Shown here piece by piece: positions 39,603-53,400 of a stretch of 64,000 bases of DNA. The notes below the pieces were generated by a model. It worked only from the letters and a program-made list of their open reading frames with translations. It did not search any database and was not told the DNA's origin. The position numbers and the translations under genes were made by a program. The stretch's first letter is position 1; each line of letters begins with the position of its first letter. Location of the stretch: contig JAYWIR010000050.1 of the NCBI GenBank assembly GCA_036172245.1, positions 310,001 to 374,000 on the forward strand, written 5' to 3'. The DNA is from Raillietiella orientalis. Its lineage: Eukaryota.

Positions 39603-39651
<49 letters not shown>
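39601..39651. repeat. Compound microsatellite (GT)n(GA)n
   Basis: Directly visible dinucleotide runs. Confidence 0.95.
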
Positions 39652-40977
39652 GCGCTTTCCCTATCCTTGTGTGGAACTGGCTGGTGCTCCGAGGCTTCGC
39701 CTCCGAGACGGGCGGGGGAGGAGGAGAGGAAGATGAAGGAAGAGCTGCCCCTTAAATCACCAGTGTGGAACGACGTGGAGCCCCGTCGCCTTCACGCGTG
39801 CCCTCGCATATTTTACGGGGCAAAGTGATGGCAACCGAAATTGCAACTTGTGTTGCTGCTGCGTGCGTGTTTGCGCTCTCTGCATCTTCCGCTCACGGTT
39901 TCCCCTCCTCCCCCCCTCCCCTCTCTGCATGTTCGTCTTGACGCCATAAACTGACGCCGCCGCCGCCGCCGCCGCCTCTCGTGAGGCGCCGGGGGCCCGC
40001 GCGTGTGTCTTGAACCCTAGTGAGCTGCAGCCATGTTCTATATTTACGCGCAATTAATCCTTAGCAAGCGCTCGCCTCGTTTAATTGTTCGGCGGCGCTG
40101 GAAGGGGGGAGGGGGAGGGAAGGGATCTGGAAGAAGCGCCATCGAGCCTCCCGGAGACGGCGCCGCCGTCGCGAGGTGAACCGGGTCAAAGCCGCGCGCG
40201 CGAACGGATCCGGAAGGCACGATCCTCGAGACCAAAGTCAACCGCAAGGCTCGAGCCGAAGGACGCGCTCGGGGCATAAATCGCGACTGAAACGAGCGGG
40301 AACGGGTGGAGGGGGAGGAGGAGGATAAGCAGCAGCAGCAGCAGCAGCTGAAGAAGGAGAAGGACCGACCCGAGGTCGCGCGATTCGTTGGACGGTGCCG
40401 GCGAGGAGGCGGAAGTTCCCGCGTCGCGCAGTCGGTGCCCGCCGACTTCTTCGTGCTCTCCCGGAGCGTTTGCCCCCGCATCCCCCCGTCAGACGCGGAG
40501 CACGGGACTGCTGCTAAAAATACCCCCGGATCGGTGGTGGAAGAGGGGGAGGCGGTTATCCTCGATTCGGGATAACCATCGGGAATTGCCGGAGAACGGG
40601 AGGGGGAATCCTCGGAAGGACGCCTAACGCGGAAAAATGGAGGAGGGAGAGGGATGTGGGATGCTGCTGTTCGAGCGGGCTCCCGGTTCTAATTCCGCCG
40701 GATCATGATCTTTCCGGGGGACGAAACGTGCACCTCGGAAGATTGGAATTTGCATCGCTGATCCACTTATTGGTGGCGCTCATCGGTCCGGGCTTAGCGA
40801 CGAGACGATCCCATCTGCGTTTCTTGCATCTAGGAAACGCTCTCTGAGATCGGAATCCTCTGCCAAATTCACAGTGCCAATTTTATTTTAGCCGTCGGCC
40901 TCCTTTCTGTGACTTTGCACGAACGTCGAGCCAACCGACGGGCGCGCCTCCCTGCACTCTCCTGAACACTTGTCCAT

Positions 40978-41008
<31 letters not shown>

Positions 41009-41022
41009 AGAAGAAGAAGAAG
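40978..41022. repeat. Compound microsatellite (CAG)n(AAG)n
   Basis: Directly visible trinucleotide runs. Confidence 0.95.
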
Positions 41023-42103
41023 GATTCCTGCATCCACTCCCAGGTTTACGCGTTATCCATTTATCAGAATCCATTTGCGGGGGCGCTGCTGCCGCCTCCG
41101 TCTCGCCAGACGGCGGCGGGCACAGCGTCTTCCGCTTCATCCACAGAGGCGTTTTCTCCTTTTCCTTTTTTTTCCTCTTAAAAAAAAAAAGGCAAAGAAG
41201 AAAACGACCAGAAAACACACACACGAAACCCCCCAAACGGAGGAGGCCCTCCCGTAGGTTGTTGCAGACGCACGCAGACCTCCCCCGAAAGCGGGTGGCT
41301 CGCCCCCTCCCCCCCCTGCGGAACCGCACCTGGACGTCCGTCCGGCCCCGGAGACGGGGATCAGCACCACCGAAAAGCACGCACGCCAACTGGGCGCGCG
41401 GAATCAGTTGGCACCTGCAGGAGCGCCGGCGTTACGCACGCTGAGGCGCGCGCGCGCGCTCCGGGGAGGAGGAGAGGGGAGGAGGGGGGGGGGAATCCAC
41501 CTTTTCCTGCGCAAGGCTGTACTGGTGCGGAGGCCTGCTCCCCTTGGCCTCCAGATGGGGGCTAACCGGGGAACCCCGAACGCGGAGCAGCAGCAGCAGC
41601 AGCGAGCAGTGGTTGGAGCGGCGTTCCCTCCGGTGTCGCCCGCCCGGAACAAGGTCATGCGTGTCACTTGATCGCGACCGACGATCGGCGGCGGTGTGGT
41701 GCCCGCTTTCCCGAAAACCCCCCCCCCCCGTCGCCGCAATGGTCGCGCGTGTCACGCAGCAGCGGCAGTTGTGCGACCGTCGTCGGTTGTCCCGTGCTGT
41801 GGATCCGCCCAGGATTGCGTGTCCCCAACAGCCGCCGGCTCCCCTGTCCACCCCCCAATGTTGAACTCGGTTCCTGTGCCCGAGACGTGTCCTTGCGGTT
41901 CCTTCCCGGGAAAGTCCTCCTGCGTTTCCGTAAAGCATCCCCGCATCTCTTGCTTCAGTAAGTATGATGTCTTCCGTGCCGCAGAATGGGTGAAAGCAGG
42001 AATTTGCTTGCGCGTTGCGATAATTGCCATCAGCGTGTCCCACGATTTGCCTCCCGTGGAATTGATTTTGGTGCCCTTTTTTCAGTGCCTCTGTTTTTTT
42101 TTT

Positions 42104-42134
<31 letters not shown>

Positions 42135-43228
42135 TTCTTCTTCTTTTTCGATTTCATTTCGAGTTGGCGCAGTGCGAGTGGTTGTTTTTTTTTTTTTGGC
42201 ATGGCGAAGAGCTTGCCGTCGTACACTTGGTCTTTCCGTTTCCCGTACACGTGCACGTGCTGCGTGCGCGCGCGCTTTTCTTCCCAAGTGGTCCCTGCTG
42301 GGCTGCTGGTGGTGGTGGTGGTGGACGCAGAACGCGGGAACCTCCGCAGCTGCGAAAAACGTGACGGAGCGGGGGACCTCCGCTGGAGGCTCTTGCGGAC
42401 AGCAGGTCGTCGGCACCCGGCCACCGCCCCTCTCTCTGTGGTCCTTTTCGCAGTTTCGTTCGCTTGGTGCGGAAGATTTCGTGCGGAGGGTGCCCACGGT
42501 GACGGATCCGCGGCTTCTCGCGGATCCCCGAAGCCTCTGCAGCGGTTGGAAACTTTACGATTCTCTATAAAGTGGCAGCAGCACGTGAATCGTTTCAGTA
42601 AAGCGATGGAGGAAGAACTCTTCCTCCCACGCCTCGTTCCTTCCTTTCCTTTTTATCTTTTTATCATCGTCATCATCATCATCCTTCGTTAAGGATGGGG
42701 GTGCAGCTTCTCTCTCTTGCTGGAGTTTCCGTCCGGATAACTCGGCATCACCGAAAGGCGCTGCGTCGTTATGGTGTAATAATCCGCCGAGCAAGTTGAA
42801 AGCCTTCCAGAGAGTGGACATGGATTACGTGTGCGTGCGTGCGTGCGTGCGTGTTTTGCCTCCCGGTGCTGATGGGTTATCTTGGCAAATTCGGTCCATC
42901 TCGCTTCCACGGCGAGCATCCAGAGAGGCTGCTTAAGTAAGTGTCACTGAATGTTAATGATTTTGCGATGCTACTTGCACGCCGAATGATTTGCTGCTGC
43001 TCACACCTTGGGAAGGTCCAGGTGATTCGGGACCACGGACGTCTCCTCGCTCTTTGAGGAGTCCGAGCTCGGAGTTGCTCCAGAAATCCACAGTGGTCGT
43101 TGTTTCCTGCGAAGAACAACGACACGAGGAAAGCAAAAAAGGCTCTGTGGATCCGTGCGGCGGCTGCGTGTATATCCACAGTGGTCGCCTTTTGGCCTTG
43201 CACTCGTTGTCTTTTTCTTTCTTTCTTC

Positions 43229-43230
<2 letters not shown>

Positions 43231-43269
<39 letters not shown>
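43231..43269. repeat. Abutting homopolymers T27-A12 (self-complementary)
   Basis: Poly-T 43231-43257 is followed immediately by poly-A 43258-43269. Confidence 0.9.
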
Positions 43270-43270
<1 letters not shown>

Positions 43271-45513
43271 GGAAGAACACCTACCCGTTTGTGAGTGTCT
43301 GGATTCTTCCTAGGGCGATTTTCACAAGCAAAAACCTGCACGGACGCACGAAGAGAGACCCGGAGACCCGAGCCTGGCACACTCCGTTTTCCACGACCTC
43401 CGTGGTCGCGATGCAAAATAAATGAATAAATGAACCTCCCTCCCGTTCAAAGGGGGAAAAAAAAATGGCTGCCGGATGCGCGGGGGTGGGGCGCCTGGGC
43501 CAAGTCTGTCCGCAAGGGTGGGGACGCAAGCGTGGCCTGGTGTCCACCACCCATTCGTTGCCATCAGCGAGAGTGCAGGTGCCGCCATGCTTTGCCTCGA
43601 CGCCATTTTGTGGAGGTCCGCGTGATGGCGCATCGTTGCCGGTCCGGGAAGGGGGAAGTCGGCCGTCGCCGAGTTGCTCTGCGCCGGTCGGGCGCCTTCC
43701 CGCGCGCCCTTTCCTTCGTCTTCAAGAGCATCTGCAACGGGGCCAGGGGGAAGCGTCGAGTTGGCGAGGGAAGAGGCTCCCGAGTCGCGACCACAACGAC
43801 TCCAGCGCCATCGATCCCTCGGCGAAGCACCCGCAGGAAACTCGGCAAAAACTCCGTGCCGCCCCCGTCCGACAGCTCCGCTTGGCCTTCAGGAGGACGG
43901 ATTCCCTGCGGTTCCCCGCCGGGCGGCTTCGGGCCGCTCCGTGCGATCCCGACCAGCTTGCGTGAAGGACGCCGATAGACGCCGTCCCTCGCGTCTTCTT
44001 CCTGTTTTCTCCGCCTGCTTCCCCCTCCCCATCCCTCCCGTCTTCCGGCTCAGAGTGGTCATCATCCCCAGCCTCCGCTTGCCGGAGGAGCCCCTTCCCG
44101 CTGAGGACGCTAGACCGCGGCTCCTCTTCCCTCCGGATCGCCGCCGGGAGACCTGGGATCTTCTCCATGGTCACCCTGCCGCCGGTCGCTCCTCACTATC
44201 CCTTGCCCGCGCGATTATCACCCGGTCGCACTCGATAGATCCCCTCGGAAAATCCAGCCCTTTGAGCTCACAAACTTTTCTTGGATTGCCCTTCCCATTC
44301 CGGACCGGAAATCCGTCCTTTCGGAATCAGATTTCCGTAACGTGCTCCCGTAATCCCACGTTTTCCAAGAAGTTTTCCCGAGAAGGGTTCCTTTATTGTT
44401 TTTCCTTTTGAGCCCATTTATTTTAAGGAGGCGAGCTGCGCACTTCCCCCCCCTTCCTCCTCCTCCATTTTTCTTCGTGGCCGTCTTCTCCGGAACGGCG
44501 AAAAGTTTCCATCATTGCTGGCTACCTGAACTCTTCTTCCTCTTCGCTGCTCCCGGGGAGCGAGCGGGAAACGTTCTCCGCGCGCTCGCAATTCCCTGTG
44601 CGCTGTGATTTTGGCTTCGGGGGGGTGGGGGGGGATGGAGGCGGGATCGGGGTGCACGGGGGTGCCTCCTCCCGTCGTCGGAACTCCCGGGCGAGCAGCA
44701 AACGACGGTTGAGGTCCTTCGTCCTCTCCTGCCCTTCGAGGGACGACGCTGCCCCGTCGTCCGCGGGTCGGTCGAGTGGTCTGCTCTTCACTGCCCTGCA
44801 CCCCGATCGCCTCCTCCACCTCCCTGGCCGCCCGTTCTTCTTTTTCACCCCTGCGCTCGCCTTCCCTCTCGCAAGGGCGTCCTTGCTCGCACCCGACCGG
44901 CATAACACGCGTGTGGAAGGGGGGAGGAAAAAATCGGGAGGTGTACCTACGGGAACCAGGAACGAGGGATGAAAGGGGAGGAAGAGCAAGAGGCCAGGCG
45001 AACCTTTCCAGGTTCTGTCAGACCGCCGCCCGGGATCGAAACATAAATGTTTACCTGCTGCTGATTTACCGCTCGCTTGCCGCGGCGGCTGCTTGTGAGG
45101 CGGTGCCTCCGAGGCTGTCGTCGCTTCGCGAAAGGACCCCCTCCTCCCGTTACCCCACGGCAACAACGCGCTGCGGGTGACAAGTCGGGTGAGAAGCCGC
45201 TTGCCGGGATCACCAGGGTGCCTCCTCCTCCTCGCCGAGCCCGCGAGCCTCCGTCACGATTCGCCCCGAAGATATTCCCCCCGGTCGGAAAACGCCCTCC
45301 TCTTTCCGGGCAGCGTCCGAAAAACGCACCCACTCCTCACCAAGCGGAGTCGCCGTCGGGCTCTGGAAGGTTCTCCGCCCGGAAGTGTCGCCAGCTGCCC
45401 GAGCGATGTCCGCTCGCCTCACGGTCTCACCGTCAACCCGATCGCAGCAGCCCTTCGGGGTTCGGTTCGGCGATCGCCTTCTCGCACAAAGAAGCCTTTC
45501 CGGTGCACAAGGA

Positions 45514-45580
45514 GGGGGGGGGGGGGGAAAGAAGAAGAAGAAGAAGAAGAAGAAGAAGAAGAAGAAAGAAAAAAAAAAAA
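45514..45580. repeat. Pure purine tract: G-run, (AAG)n, A-run
   Basis: Directly visible; capable in principle of triplex or G-quadruplex formation. Confidence 0.9.
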
Positions 45581-46069
45581 TACCCATCCCGGTGCTCGTG
45601 ATCTGCAGTGCCCTGTCAGTGGTCGCAGCGGCCAGTGAGCGAGTGAGTCGGTATTCGAGAGGACGCTACGAGTTCGCCCTCGCATCCCAGGACGTCCACC
45701 GCCCCTTGAAAAATCGTGTTCCTTCCCCCGCCCGACACGCCGCCATCGCAAGGAGTGTTGTTGCGCAGTGTTTGTTCGGGGCACGCACGCGTCCTCCTCG
45801 CCTTCCCCCCTCCCCCACGAGACTTCGTCGAGCATCCCGGAGTGCGAGGCTCCCGCCGAAACCATGGAAGCACAGTATGGTGCGGGGGGTTTTCTTTCGC
45901 CTTTCCCTTTTTCCTTGCTGGACGGTCCGCAGTGCTGGGAGGCGCGCCCTGGTGGCCGCGGGCAGAAAAAAAAAAAAAAAAAGCGTTGCTCCGAAACGCA
46001 GCCTTTTGCAATCTCCCAGCTCTGGCGTTTCGTGTATCAGCGTTAAGGTCCATTCGTCCGTCCGGCAGC

Positions 46070-46200
46070 GCGTATTGATGTCTTCATCATTAATTGGCTT
46101 TTTGGCAAACTGATTATTCATTGCCACTTTGCTTTTTTATCTCTGTTGTTCCCGGAGGTTTATGGTGACAGCATCAAAGCGTGTTCTCCTCATTGATTTC
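46070..46200. promoter_or_regulatory. Candidate developmental enhancer (AT-rich island)
   Basis: Contains CATTAATTGG (homeodomain), TGATTAT, and a contiguous TTTATGG-TGACAG-CATCAAAG run (posterior Hox/Cdx, Meis/Hth and TCF/LEF motifs). Confidence 0.45.
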
Positions 46201-49200
46201 TCCTGCAGTTTCTAAAGTCGCCGAAGTTCCCCCCCTCCCCTCCCCTCCTCCCCCCTTTTCCCCACGAGTTCTACCAGACTGTGCAGCAATCGAATTACAT
46301 GCATTTGTAAATCTAAAACTATTGGTCATTTTTGCTTTTCATTTATTTACTTTCTGCTGGAGCTCTTTCTTTTTTCCATTTCCAGCACGTGTCGATTTTC
46401 AGTCTTTGATGGCTGTTTTTTTCTTCTCCTTTTCGTTCCCCCCCCCCCCCCCCCCAAAAAAAAAAAAAACAGAAGAGAAAGAAAAAAAAAAAAAAAAGAG
46501 GAAGGAAAAAAACAAACAAAGAATGCCTTCTTTCCCGTTTCCTCGTTATCGTGATTCCTGCCGTCGCGGGGAAATATCTCAGACGGAAATTTTGGATGCT
46601 GCGATGTTGATTCTTTCCTCTACCTGCAAACAGCCCGTGGTTCCATTCGGATCGGTCCGTGGTCTTCTGGTGCTCGGAAGGTCCCGTGCTCTCCTTCCCC
46701 GCGCCGTGTCTGATTCGGCGTCGCTGTTGACATCGCCCGCCGTTCGCCTCCCCGTCGCATACGAGGCGAAGCCGCCGGGGCCGTTTCCATGCCTCCTCAC
46801 GAGATCTCGGATGCCGCCGGGACCTCGCTTGCTTGGGACCGGAGCTCCGCAGCGCCGCTGGGAAGGGGGGGGGGGTGGAAAAAAGAAAAAAAAAGAAGTC
46901 GCTCCGAACGGCGTACGCCTGAAATCCTACTTTCCGATGCTGGTCAAGAGGTGGACCGCTAGCATCATCGATCGCTGCCAGGCCGCGGGGCGGTAATCCT
47001 CCTCGCGAGCTCTCGTCCATACGTAAGCGGAACCGCCCATCCAGGGATCCTTTGAACCCTACCGCTGTCCTTCGCCGCTGACTTCTTTCACTCGTTACGG
47101 GATGACGTCTCGTCGCTGTGGGTTGCTGTTGCCGCGCCGTTTCCGGTGCGTTTCTTTCGACTTCCGTGCGCGCAGCGACCATTTGCATTCGAAGATCGTC
47201 GAGGAGGAAGTGCCGGGAGCCCGGGCTCCGTCGTCAGGAGCGGTCGGTCATCCCGACGTCGGTCGCCCGTGATCTCGTGCGTCTTTCGCGGCACCGGGAT
47301 CTCGGTGGGAGTCCTTGTTGTGCTCCAGGAAAACGATGTCGTCGGGCAGCGTGCACCGGCGCGAGCGGCAGCCGTCGTCATCGGCCTCGCGTCGTGCGAA
47401 TTTTCCGTCAGCCTTCGGGCTTTCTTGGTGTCTTCGCTTCTGACCTGTTCCGTGCCCGGCCCGGGCTCGAAGAGGCGCCCACGGGAAAGCGTCGCGTTGG
47501 CTCCTCGGGTCAGCCCCTGGACGGCAGCCCGACGGCGCCGGCCGGCACGCGGCCTCCGAACGACTTCCGCCCTCCTGGCGCTTTTCCTCAGCTGCCATAC
47601 TCTGCGCGCGTGTTCCCTGCCTGACCTCTCTTCCCACATGAGTGAGTGTACGCGCGCCCTCGGCACGGGCTCGACGCGTGGTGCGTCAGCGCCGTGCTCA
47701 TCAATCAGCTCTTCGCCGTGCACCACGTGCAGCACGGGACGCTCGTCGGATCATCTTGGATGCGATGACGGCTGGGCGCCGCATCACTGCAGCTTCCAAA
47801 TTAACTGAACATTTTTCATTAAGAAGGAAAACGAAAATACCGGAAAGCGGAAAAAAAAAAAAAAAAAAAAAAGGGAAAAGAAAAGAAAAAAAGGAATCTT
47901 TTTCTTTCTTTTTTTGCATTCTTGCAAAACGTATGAGGAGCGTTCCAACAGTTGCAAATGACGGTGGAATTCTTCGACTTGATAATGGGCAGAGCAGGAG
48001 TGCAGTCGCGGAACACGGAAAGGAAGAAGAGGAAGAAGAAGAAAAATAAAGGAAAACAATTCACAAAACTCGGTTCACGAAGCCAAATGAATGGTGGGGC
48101 CGCAGGGAGCTCTGCTGCTTCCAAAGCAGATGGGACAGCAATCTTAATTTTGTGATTTATCAGTAATGAAAGGGAGGAGAAGAGGAAAAAGAAAGAAACA
48201 CATACCGAAAAAGCGAAAAGCAAATTCGTGCTTCTATCCAAACATCCGTTGATTAAGGCGCGTTTCCCGACAGTGTGGACGTTTCCCTCCTCAACACCAC
48301 GCCTGCTCCAAGTGTTTTCGAGGAGGAAACTCTTTTTTTTTTTTTTTTTTTTCTTTTTCTTCTCCTTCTTCTTCTCCTCCCATCGCCGGTCGGCTGAGAG
48401 CTCTTCTGCCTGCGCAGCACCTTCTTCCTAAATGCAAAGTTTGCGCCCCGGAAGGCCTTCCGATTTGTGCCGGTGGGTCAAGGCGCGGGGGTGGTCCCCG
48501 CAGCGGACGCGTGCTGGGAACCCGCCCGACGCGTGCCAACATGTCGTCGTCCTCGTCGGTGCCTCCAGGGCAGGGTGCACCCCTGACGCAAGCGTTTCCA
48601 GCCTGCGTGCGCCGAAACGGGTGCAACGAATGTTGCAGCTGGGAATTCCAGAAGGACGCGGGAGGTCATACTCGGAATCGACGCCTCGAGCTGAAGGAAG
48701 TGCAAGCAGAGAGAGAAAGAGAGAGAGATGCAGGCGCGACCGCGGTTCAGCAGCAGCCTCGGAATGTCGCGTGGGTGTTTTCCCCCAACGATGGGGGAAG
48801 CCAAGGAGCATGCGGGGTGTATTTTTGCGTCGAAAGCGCGAAGTGCGCACGATGGCGCGCGTATCCGCGGCATCGGCCGGAATCACACAGGGAGGCGCAC
48901 AGTCGCGCTGGGCGCCGAATCCTGCGCTCTCTGCGGGACACGCTTCTGTGCGCCCCCGGCCCACGTCAACCTTTGCCCGTCGCCGCACGTCGCCTGCCTC
49001 CCTCGGCCAACCCCGATCCTGGCTGCCGTGGGCTTTCACCCTAAGCAGCTGCAACCGCTGTCTGAAGCACAAACGACGCTTCGAGCGAGTGGTTCTTTCT
49101 TTCCGTCGGTAGGCGCAGCGGTGCCTCAGATGCTTCTTGTGGTGTTTTGGAACGGAATTCTCGTCCGCATGGCGCGCCTCCATCAGTTGCGTTGATGCTC

Positions 49201-50450
49201 TTCTTCGGCGGGGGGAGGGCGGAAGACGTGCTTCCGCGCTCCGACTGACGGGAAACCAGCGGTCGGCGCGGCTGCTCCGTTCGAGGGAGCGGCGACGCCT
49301 CTCGGGATGTTTCGTGTCCATCGTCTTGCCTCAGCTGCTGCCGAGAAAGGGCTGCTGCTTCTGGATTATCACTGCGGGCGCATTCGGTTGTCGTCACTCC
49401 GTGCGTCTGCCGACTGCGCACCCGGCAGGCCGGGAGCGGCGAAGCAACGTGCAGATTCCACGTCTCCCACAGGTAATTAAAAAAGGCATCCCGGAAGTCC
49501 ATTCCTCAGAGTTGAGGATGATAAAATGCCTCGAAAGCTCCTCCAGCGAGAGGATGCTGGTAAAAAAAAAAAAAAAATACAATAAATACAAGGAAGGAGT
49601 GTCTAATCAGTGCACGAGGAGGAGGCCGGCGGCGAAGACATTTTTTTTTCGAGTTTCCATTCATCCCGGGCCAAGTTTTCGGAGCGCCGCGGTTCCCGAA
49701 AAGTTTCGGTCTCGCCGGTGACGACGTGGAAAGAGCGGCGGCTCGGAGTAGGACGAATTGATTCTGCGAATGTCGGATGCGCACGCAAGACGGAAAAGTG
49801 CTCGAAATCGGAACAGTCCGTAATTAAGGAGGCGGAAGCGTCGAAATTTGGTACTGCGTAGCAGATCCGGCAGCATACTTTCGTGTTCCTCACCCGCACC
49901 GAAGGGAGGATAGCTGACGCTATTCGTTCGAGGAGGAGGAAGAAGGAATCTGCACGTGAAAGATGAAGGGTGCGAAGGGAACCCGCGTTGGTGTTGGCGT
50001 CGCGGAACGCCAGCGGCAACCTTGTCGACCTTCCGCGGTCGCAGAAGCGCACCGAAGAAGGAAGGGCGCCGGACAGGCAGGGCAGCGCGAGGAGTCTTTC
50101 CGCAGTTCGAAAGCCCTGGCGCGACGGCCAAGAACGCGCGCCCACGCTCACCGAATCCGGGGAGTGGGGCGTCGATCTGGGAAGAACGCCTGGGCGGGAG
50201 GGCGCCCGTCCTTCGATGGGGGACGTCGTGCTCCGACCGGCTCCCTTGTCGCTTGGCGGAGCCGTCACCGGTCCACGTGGAGAGTTTTCCGAAAGCTGCG
50301 CGCCCGGCGGTTCTTTGCCGGGATTGCTCCATGGTTTGGAACTTTCCGGGAGGTGTTCCTGGATCTTCCGGTGTTCTCGATTTCATTTCCTTTTTTTTTT
50401 ATGTTGCTTTTTTTTGGCGGCAGGACATTCCTTCTCCCGGTCTGCGATTT

Positions 50451-50488
<38 letters not shown>

Positions 50489-53400
50489 TTTTCTTCCGAC
50501 GCACCACGGGTGACTATGCCTTGCGTCGTCGGGGGAGGAAGGGGTGGGATGGGATGAGGGGAGGTCACCCTCATTCCGCGTTCGGCTGTTATTTGAAGGG
50601 CGATGATGGTGAGGCACGAAACGGCCATCTTGAAGGACCGGAAGCTGCGGTTTCCGGTCCGTAGTGGCGGGAGGAATCCTGGCTCGGCGGGACGAAAACG
50701 AAGTCACCCGGCGGCGCGGCATTCGGGACGTTGGAAGGAGCCTCGGGTGCCAGCAATTCCCGTCGGTTTCGGGGGAGGGCGCTGCGCGTCGTGTCGTTTC
50801 CCTCTTGGCGTGCTGGAACAGTCGTGGACGGCAGCGCCGCCTCTTCCCGGCGCCGGGCGATCCCGCCCGCGCGCGTCCGGGAACGACGACAAAACCAGTG
50901 GAAATCGAGCGAGGATTTTTGTCTGGCAGCGTTGCATCGGACGAAGAGGCGCGCGCCCCTGGCGGTTCTGCTCGCGCACGCGGAGTGGGAGGCGCGCGTA
51001 TTTGCGGGGCGGCGCTCGGCCCGTTTCGAGGAAGCGCCCGCGTTCCCTCCTCCATGGCTCAGGAGCGCAGCCGGGAGCAAAGAGAGAGGACGGCTTTCCG
51101 CGACTCGGAGGATCGCGCGCTGAGACAGCCTCATTCTCCCGCGAGCGTGCGGGGGAAGGGAAGAGGGGGGGGCGAGGGGAAGCTTCCCGCACCGTTCGCG
51201 AGGGGGGAGGAGAGTGGAGGGACAAAGAAAGTATCCGCGTGCTGGGGGGCGGTTGCGTGCTTCTCTGCCGAAATCAATATGGCCGCGACTGCTCGCTTAC
51301 CCGGGAAGGTCACACGCGGCGGCGCATCGACGGGCACCGGCGAAACACCTCGACCGCCACTGTCGCAGCCGCCTCCCCGCCGGAGGAGGCGCGGGTCTTC
51401 GTCCTTCCGGCGGTGGCAGCCCTGCGTCTAGGTCTTTGCGCACCCGGGCTGAGAGGGAGGGCGGCGACGTTTCCGCTAGGGGGACCCGACGTGGGAGGAG
51501 GAAGAGGAGGAAGGAAGAGGCGGGCGGAATGGCCCCGCGTGTTGGCGGGAGATGGAGCACGAGAACGCAGCCCGACGGGAGCGTCGAGCGAAACGCTTGA
51601 GCGGTGGGGGACAATTTCGGAGGCCTTCCCCGGTTCGCTCTGGGATTCGCGTGAACTAGGGGGTCGCGAGGGGAAATCCGAACGTCCCGCCGCAACGCCT
51701 CCCCGTGCTTGCTGCGACCCGTCTCTGCCCCTTCCCTGCTTTGACCTGACTCCTTCCGTCCGCGCACGCGGGCTCTGTGGGCTGCGACTCCGATGGAAAG
51801 ATCAGCTGAGCGTCGCGCTTTCTTCCGTTCGCGCGGGTACAGATGCATCGGCTGGGGGAGTCGCCTGGTCCACGCATGTCCCTCCCTCCCTCCCGTTTTC
51901 GCAAACTTCGAGCACCCGGCAGAACAAAAGCAAAAAACACCCTGCGGCAACCTGCGCGCCGCCACGTGCCTAATTGACCCGCGTGTGTGAAGCGAACAGT
52001 TCGGTGAGGATGCTCGTCGCGTGCGCTGGCACGTGGCGATCCGCGCGGGTGGGCGAACAGGGGGAACCTTTCCCCGCTGACCTCGCCCGCGTGTGCGCTC
52101 TCCTCTTTCCCCGCGCACGGTTTCTTCGCTCCCGGGCTCGTCCGCCCGGGAAGCGCGCAGAAGCGCTTCGGAATCCGTCGCTGCTACTGCTTCCCGTTTG
52201 CTGACGATGGGAGGAGGAGGAGGTAGAGGAGGACAGACGCGGCCGCCGCCGCCGCTTCCCGCCTTCGCCCTCCCGCCCGCTCGCTCCGAGCCGCGAGACG
52301 TTTCTTTTGCTGTTTGGACGGCAACGCTGATGCGGCCAGGAAGTCACTCTGCGACAAACGCTGCCTTGAAACCCTGGGCGCTCTCCAGGTGCCCACCGAT
52401 GCCTCCCGGAAGTCGAAAGATCCACCGCCATCACCCTCCTGTTTCCTTCTCTTCTGCCTTTCGTAATTCACTCTTGTGGGCGCGTGCCGTCAGGACAGAC
52501 GGGTGGTCCTTTTTTGGCTCTCCCTCATAAGTCTTTTCCAAGGCACTCTTTGGGTTCCCTTCAAGATGGGCAGTTTCTAGGAGTCACTTGCTGCTCTCTA
52601 TTTGGTGGCGAAGAGCACGCATATGTGTTTGTGTGTGTTTTTGTCCCCCTTTCCTTGTCCACCGTCCATCGGCGCGAAGAACTCTTCTTATTCGACGCTC
52701 TCGGCAGCGCTCGGGCTGATGACGGCCTGTGCCGCTTAGGTGCTGCCCACGCGCACTTTTTCGAACCCCCGACCGCCACCACCCCAACTCGTCCGGGGTC
52801 GGGTTTCCCTCCGCCCCCGAAGAGGGCCGGCAGCGAGCAAACACACGCGGCTCCCCAGCCCAAGCGTTTTTCGGGCGTCCTCGCTTTTCTTTGCTGAGCT
52901 CCGCGGAACGGGTCGCTCCCGAAGGGTCCGCGGGTCGTCCGTCCGGTCGAGTCGCAGCGGCTCCGGAAGGGCGGGAGGGAAACTCGGCCGCTAGCCCGCG
53001 AGGAAGCGGGAGAGCTCCCCCTCCTTTGCTGGGGTGTCTCCGCAAACAGGGCGGCTGGCCGTTGCCCATGGAAACCGCGACGGGACGCTGCGATCGAAGC
53101 GTTTCGATCCCCGGCCTCCGCGAAACGGCTCGCCATCCCGTGCTCTCCTGACCCGACGAGGAACGCTCCCAGCGTGCGCGCGCGCGTTCGCACAGGGGGA
53201 ACGTGCTCCCGACTGGAGTCCCCCCCCCCCTTTCCCCCTCCTCGCAGGTCATCGAACACCCTTCCACTCCCCGACACGATCCGCGCGATCCCCGAGCTCG
53301 CGAAACGGGCAGACGTCACTCGCGTTGATGAGACCCGACTCCATTGAGCTGCATCAAAATTGAATCCGTCCCCGTGCCATTTGTTTGCCGTGTCGCTCCG

